Source of the DNA: Salpingoeca rosetta
Taxonomy: Eukaryota > Protista > Choanoflagellata
DNA: 64,000 nt
Direction of reading: 5' to 3'
NCBI GenBank assembly: GCA_033442325.1
Contig: JAWQFM010000014.1
Span: 1,329,184-1,393,183 of the forward strand
In this document: one piece after another, positions 58,483 to 64,000 of the stretch
How positions within the stretch are numbered: position 1 is the stretch's first letter
Layout of the letters: each line of letters begins with the position of its first letter
Notes under the pieces: generated by a model
Seen by the model: the letters and a program-made list of their open reading frames with translations, nothing else
Databases searched by the model: none
Told to the model about the DNA's origin: nothing
Position numbers and translations under genes: made by a program

Positions 58483-58844
58483 CGCGTTCAGTCGCAACTT
58501 GGGTTGTGGAGAGGAAGGGGTGGGGGAAGGGGCTGGTGTGCTTTTTACTCTGTACATGTGGTGGTGTGCATGTCTGTGCAATGTGCGTAGACCGTTGTGT
58601 ATTTATGTGTGTGCAGACCGTTGTGTATTTATGTGTGCATTGGACACTTGACACGGTACAGTACAATGGCACGCACGCAAGGAAGCGAAACCATCATGTC
58701 ACAGTGTGCACGTGTAGTTGCGTGGCAACCGATCGTTTACTGTCAGGAAGAAGTGCAAGAAACGGTTCGTTTGCTTTGATGCGGTGACTTGGCGAACTGG
58801 AAGCGAGGGGGTTGGGGTTGGGGAGTCAACTCCAACACACGCAA

Positions 58845-59167
58845 TTACAACACGCTTTCATACAAGCGCAATCCTAGAAGCGCATTCATCATTTGTTGCC
58901 TACAGGTGTGTATGTGCGTGTGTGTGTGTGAGTGTGTGTGTGCGAGTGTGTGCGTATGTGCGTGTGTGTGAGTGCGTGAGTGTGTGTGTGTGTGTGTGAG
59001 TGCAGCAGGAAAGGTTGAAGCATGGTCTGGGGTCTCACACCTGTGCGTTGCCAGCTTGAGGAAGGCCTTCTTGGCGCTGACTTTAACCAGACCCTGATAC
59101 GATGTGATTGGAAAAAACATGTGAGCGGAGAAAACATGCGCAGAGAGGCAGGCAGGCAGAACAGGCA

Positions 59168-59245
<78 letters not shown>

Positions 59246-60144
59246 AAGTTGATGTATCGAAGATAGACGTAACAATCACAGACGGACGCAATGCGATCGC
59301 GAACTGTTTCGCACACGTCCAACCAATCCGTCTGCAGCCATCACATGGAACATAAGAGAATGCGTGTGTGTGTGTGATGGTGTGTGTGTGTGTGATGGTG
59401 TGTGTGTGTATGATGGTCATTCTCATCATGAAGGAAACACAGCATGCGTGCGTACCACACCAACACCACACGCAAGCGACAGCACCAAGGGCAGCAAGCG
59501 AACTGCAACAATGCAAACACACACACTCATTCACAACACGCACGCACACACACACACACACGCATACCTTCTGTCCAAGCCGGATGCGGTGTGTTGGTGG
59601 CTTGTGGCCGGTGAGGGAGCACGCGCGCCCGTCGTCAACGCTATTTCCAAGACGCTCAATCACAAGCGAGTTCTCCTGCGGATGCATCACACGAGCAACA
59701 CGCGTGGAGCGGAGGGTGGTCGAAGCATGGGAAAAAGAGTAAATGGGGCTTGTGAGCTGGTGGTTGGCGGAGGAACAGCCTCAACACAACCAACACAGTC
59801 TCGCTTCGTGTGTGTGTGTGTGTGTGTGCGTGCGTGTATATGTGTGCCCATCTTGATACACTCACATGCACACACACAGACACACAGACACACACCTTGA
59901 TTGCGTCAATAATGTCCTGGCGGCGGATTGGGGAGGAGGGGGAGCAGACGTCCAGCGTCCGCTTCATCTCGCCCTCCTCCAGCGACGAAATAAACGATGC
60001 GCTGAACACGACGTAATGCACAATGCAGTGAGCTCTCAGCACGACAACATCGCACGCACGCACCCACACACCCACACACCCACACACCCACACACCAACA
60101 CACCTACCAACCTACCCACCTACCCACCTACCCACCTACCCACC

Positions 60145-60199
<55 letters not shown>

Positions 60200-61269
60200 C
60201 ACACACACACACACACACACCTACCCACACACACACACAAACAAACAAACAATCATAGATCACCGACCTGAGGTCTGGGCTCTGGTACCAGGCCGTGAAC
60301 TCCTCCAGCAGCCGCGGGTCAACAATCTCGCCATCATCATCGTCATCATCACCACCACCGCCACGACCGCCACTGTGGCCAGTCCCACCACTGCTTCTCG
60401 TCGCAGCCGCGTCGTCCTGGCTCGCGGTGCTGTGTGCGCGACTTAATTCAGTGCGACTGGCTGTGCTGCTGGTGCGTGTGCTCACGTGCGTGCCGTCACC
60501 GCCATCGCCGCAATCGTCGCCCTGCTCACTTTGCGTGCTGAGCGACCGCTGCTTGCTCTTCTTCACATCACCACCACCGCTGCTGGTACCACCACCACCT
60601 GCGTCGCCCTGTGTTGGCTGCAGCAGCGGCGGCGGGAGGGTGACGGCAGACTGCGCTGACGGCGTTGGTGACGGTGCATTTGCCTTTGATGCCGTCTTGA
60701 GATGGGATGTACTGTTTTGGCGCCGGAAGAAATGCCGCCGAAACCCGCGTCCACCTTTGGCAGTCGTCAACAGCAAGGAGAGGGTGGGAGGAAGCAATAT
60801 GGTGAGGTGGTGTGCGATGGCGTGAAGAGGGTGTGTACGATGGCGCGTGTGATGGCGTGTGATGCACATGCACACACGCACACATGCGCGCACACACGCA
60901 CACGCACGCATACACACATATGCACATGTGACTCACTCTGCCTTCGGCCCCTCGGTGGTGATGACGACAGCTGCCTGTCCTCCTCCTTTCCTTGTTGTTG
61001 CTGTTGCTGCTGCTGCATTTGTGACGCTGTGCGTGTTCGACTGCCTGGTCTGCTGACTTGCTTCGGCTGTGCTGATTGCAGTTGGTCGCGCTGATGCTCC
61101 ACAATCGTCTTCAACGCAGACACCTCAGCAGTCAACATCTATGTTGGGGTCAAAGGGCGGTCACATTGGTGTTTGTTGGTCGTGAGTGATGGGTGTGAGT
61201 GTGTAATGCTAGCAACGTCGGGGCAACAAAGTCATACACTTGCAGAACTGTGAAATGGGGGTAGTCTTC

Positions 61270-61355
<86 letters not shown>

Positions 61356-63247
61356 TCCCAGCCAAACCTGTTCGCTCACGCACCTCGACCTTTGACGCGG
61401 CCTCAATGTGTCGCTTCTCAGCCCTGACTGCCTCCTCTTTTGCCGTGCGAACCATCTTGTGTGCTTCCTCAAACAGCGATTCTGTCAGGTCGTCCATCTC
61501 CCGCGTCAGCTGAAGTTAAAAGGGGAGGGGGAATTGCCGAGGTTGCGCACATGCAATGTGGAGTGATGTAACGTGAAGTGGGGCGATGCGCAAACAGCAG
61601 CAGGGCACGCGCGATTTCAACATATGCACACACACACACATACACACACATACACACGCGCGCGCGCACACACACATACACGCACACACACACATACACG
61701 CACACACAAATGTGCTATTACCTGCTCCTTGTATTGCGCGAGAGAGTCGCATTCCTCAGCTTTCGCCACCAGCTGCCAGACGTTGGGGGGGGGGAAGCGA
61801 ATGAGAAGTGCCGCATAAGCGCCAGTGAGGTGTACGAACGCACAACACACAGACAGACACACACAGACACACAGACAGACACACACAGAGATATATGTGC
61901 GCACCTTATCTTTGACGAGTCTGTACTCCTTTTCTAACCTCCAATATGCCAATGCCTGTGCGACCACACATCGTCCCAAGCATGAGCTCATGCATGACCC
62001 AGTCCAGAACAACTGCGTAACTTTGTTCAACCACACGTACACACGCACTCAACACACACACACACACACACACACACTCGCTCAAACACACTTTGTTGTG
62101 GTCCTTTGAAGCTTGTCGGCGCGCACGCGCCAGAAGCCATGTGTCAGAATTGGACCTGCAATGACATCACACATGCAGAGCAAGCAAGGCGCGGGCAGCC
62201 AAGCAAAGAAAGCAACGAGTCAGCGTTGGCAGGTGTGATGTGATGAGTAGCTTTTGGTTGTTGTTGTTGTTGTTGTGGAAGGCGTTGGCTTTCAGCACAC
62301 GTTTCTGTACGCCTCATTCATCCATTCCCCGCCGCTTGCATTACCGCTCGCGAGCGGCGATGTGCACATCATCTGGACTGCGATGCACAGCAGGCTGCTG
62401 CAGCTCCGCTATGACAGCTTTTGCATCGTCGTCCTGAGACCGTCCCACCAGCACCCAAAGACAGCAAGCGCAAGCATGCGAATGCACACAGTAGGCACGT
62501 GGTGAGTGTGAGCTGTGCCACATAGCGCAAGCAAGCTGCGAGGGACTGGAATCCAAACCAAGCCAACTCAAGTACAGCGTGTCCTTTGGCTGGCTGCTGG
62601 GCCATGAGCGCCATCGCCTGGAATGCAACCTCGTGGCCACTCACCGTCGTGTGGTCATCAACAACCTCTGGGATTGGGGTTGTGACGCGGATCTGTGGTG
62701 GTGGTGCCGAAGCGTCCTTGAGCGATGAGCCTTGTCCCTTACCCTTGCCCTTGACCTTGCTGTGACCCTTCTTCTCGTTCTTCTTGTTGTTGGGGGAGGT
62801 TGTGTCGGTGCCGCCGCTGCCACTTCGTGCATCCTCGAACATCATGGGTGGCAGGGACGTGTTGGTCCAGGACACGCTGCGGGTGTGACGCGACGCCCTG
62901 CTTGTCTTTGTCAGGCGTGTGATGGCTGCACACAACATCACACAACATCACATTGGGATCGCATTGCATCACCGTGAGACGGCATAACAGGGGACGAGCG
63001 CAGCGTGGATGTGGATGGCTCCAGGTTGAAGGAGGCAGAGAGAGAGGGGGGGGGAGAGAGAGGCACACACACACACACACAAGCACACACAGGCACAGGC
63101 ACACACAGGCACACACAGGCACAGGCACACACGCAGACGCGCATGCAACACACCTGCGACCTCGTCGCTGTTGTCACCCTGTTGATGTTGTTGTGCTTTG
63201 CGATTGGCGGCTGTTTCCGCAGTCGCAGCGCGTGTGTGCTGGCTCAT
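58845..63247 (-). CDS. RAB3IP: Rabin8/Sec2-family Rab GEF
   Basis: Sec2 coiled coil LTREMDDLTESLFEEAHKMVRTAK..MLTAEVSALKTIV; C-terminal VDPRLLEEFTAW, NSLVIE, CSLTG..HRIRLG, RDRIASVCDCYVYLRYINLGLVK. Start codon tentative. Confidence 0.88.
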
Positions 63248-63616
63248 CCTCGCCTCTACACCTATACCTACGCCTCCTCTTCAATGGTGGGATCCAAGCA
63301 GCTGTTTGCCTTGACGAGCGTGTGAGTGGGTCATGCGCCTGTTCCCCCTCACCAAGTCAACCTCGCACAACGCACGCACCTCGCTCCCATCAAGCAGCAA
63401 CACAACACGACTTCCTTCTTCCTCTTCAACCCACCGCACAAAAACGAAAACAAAAACAAACACCGCGGTGGATAGTACGTGCATTGTCTTTAATCGTCTG
63501 TGCGAATCGTACATCAGTGCGCAGTTAGGCGCACACAGCCAGTCCATCCAGTCTCACCTCCTCAGCTCTCCCTCTCCTCCACCTCCACCACCATCATCGC
63601 TGGCGTGTGGTGTTTG

Positions 63617-64000
63617 TTAGACCTCAGCCGGCATCTTGGTGCCGCCAGAAGGCAGCTGCTCCCACGGGCTCTCAAAGTCAAACTTGCGGAACTCCTGCGC
63701 ATCGAGAGCACGAGGCAGGAAGGGCAGAAGGAAAAAGAAAAGGAAGGCAAAGGAAGCAAGGTGGAACACAGTGGACGTGTTTGGTGAGCAGGGGTGTTTG
63801 GTGAGCAGAGGTGCACGCATCGTGTGCGACACGGGGGAGTACAGAGAGAAGACGCCAACCGCAACAGCAGCCGTATTCGAGCCAGGCAGCCAGCCAACAT
63901 GTGACAGTGAACAACCAAAACTAAACCAAAGCAACACAAGCAAAACAAGCGCACCTGCGCCAGCTCGACGGGCTCGCAGACAACGCGCTTGACGTCCTCG
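63617..64000 (-). CDS. NDUFS3: Complex I 30-kDa subunit NDUFS3, last two exons
   Basis: Exons 63955-64000 and 63617-63694 splice to EDVKRVVCEPVELAQ|EFRKFDFESPWEQLP..*, the conserved NDUFS3/Nad9 C-terminus. Confidence 0.9.
   Translation of the reverse strand, partial: RGRQARCLRARRAGAGALVLLVLLWFSFGCSLSHVGWLPGSNTAAVAVGVFSLYSPVSHTMRAPLLTKHPCSPNTSTVFHLASFAFLFFFLLPFLPRALDAQEFRKFDFESPWEQLPSGGTKMPAEV

Overview
Eukaryotic, gene-dense DNA with many short GT-AG introns filled with (CA)n/(GT)n microsatellites and five N-gaps. The style and gene content (PTB-tyrosine-kinase, ankyrin-PDZ-PTP) point to a choanoflagellate, probably Salpingoeca rosetta (inference). Manual splicing gives 16 genes: M13 peptidase 3' end (+); secreted class-3 lipase with a long Cys-rich C-terminal module (+); tandem doublecortin protein fused to DUF924 (-); 2xPTB tyrosine pseudokinase (+); truncated LHFPL-like tetraspan protein (-); internally duplicated multi-pass membrane protein (-); divergent eEF2 paralogue (-); BAR-PH-RhoGAP-SH3 (-); IF1 (-); intronless CDKL5-like kinase (+); SPATA4-like (-); NDUFS6 (+); RECQL5-like (-); ankyrin-PDZ-PTP (+); Rabin8/RAB3IP (-); NDUFS3 3' end (-). 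The most interesting observations are an eEF2 paralogue whose diphthamide loop reads HRRVDQ (matching the toxin-resistance change G717R), a DCX-DUF924 fusion, a lipase with a possibly APCDD1-like module, an NDUFS6 lacking two zinc ligands, and kinase exons out of order across (CA)n arrays (probably misassembly). No CRISPR array, rRNA, tRNA or intact mobile element was recognised. All family calls are by eye; no searches were run.
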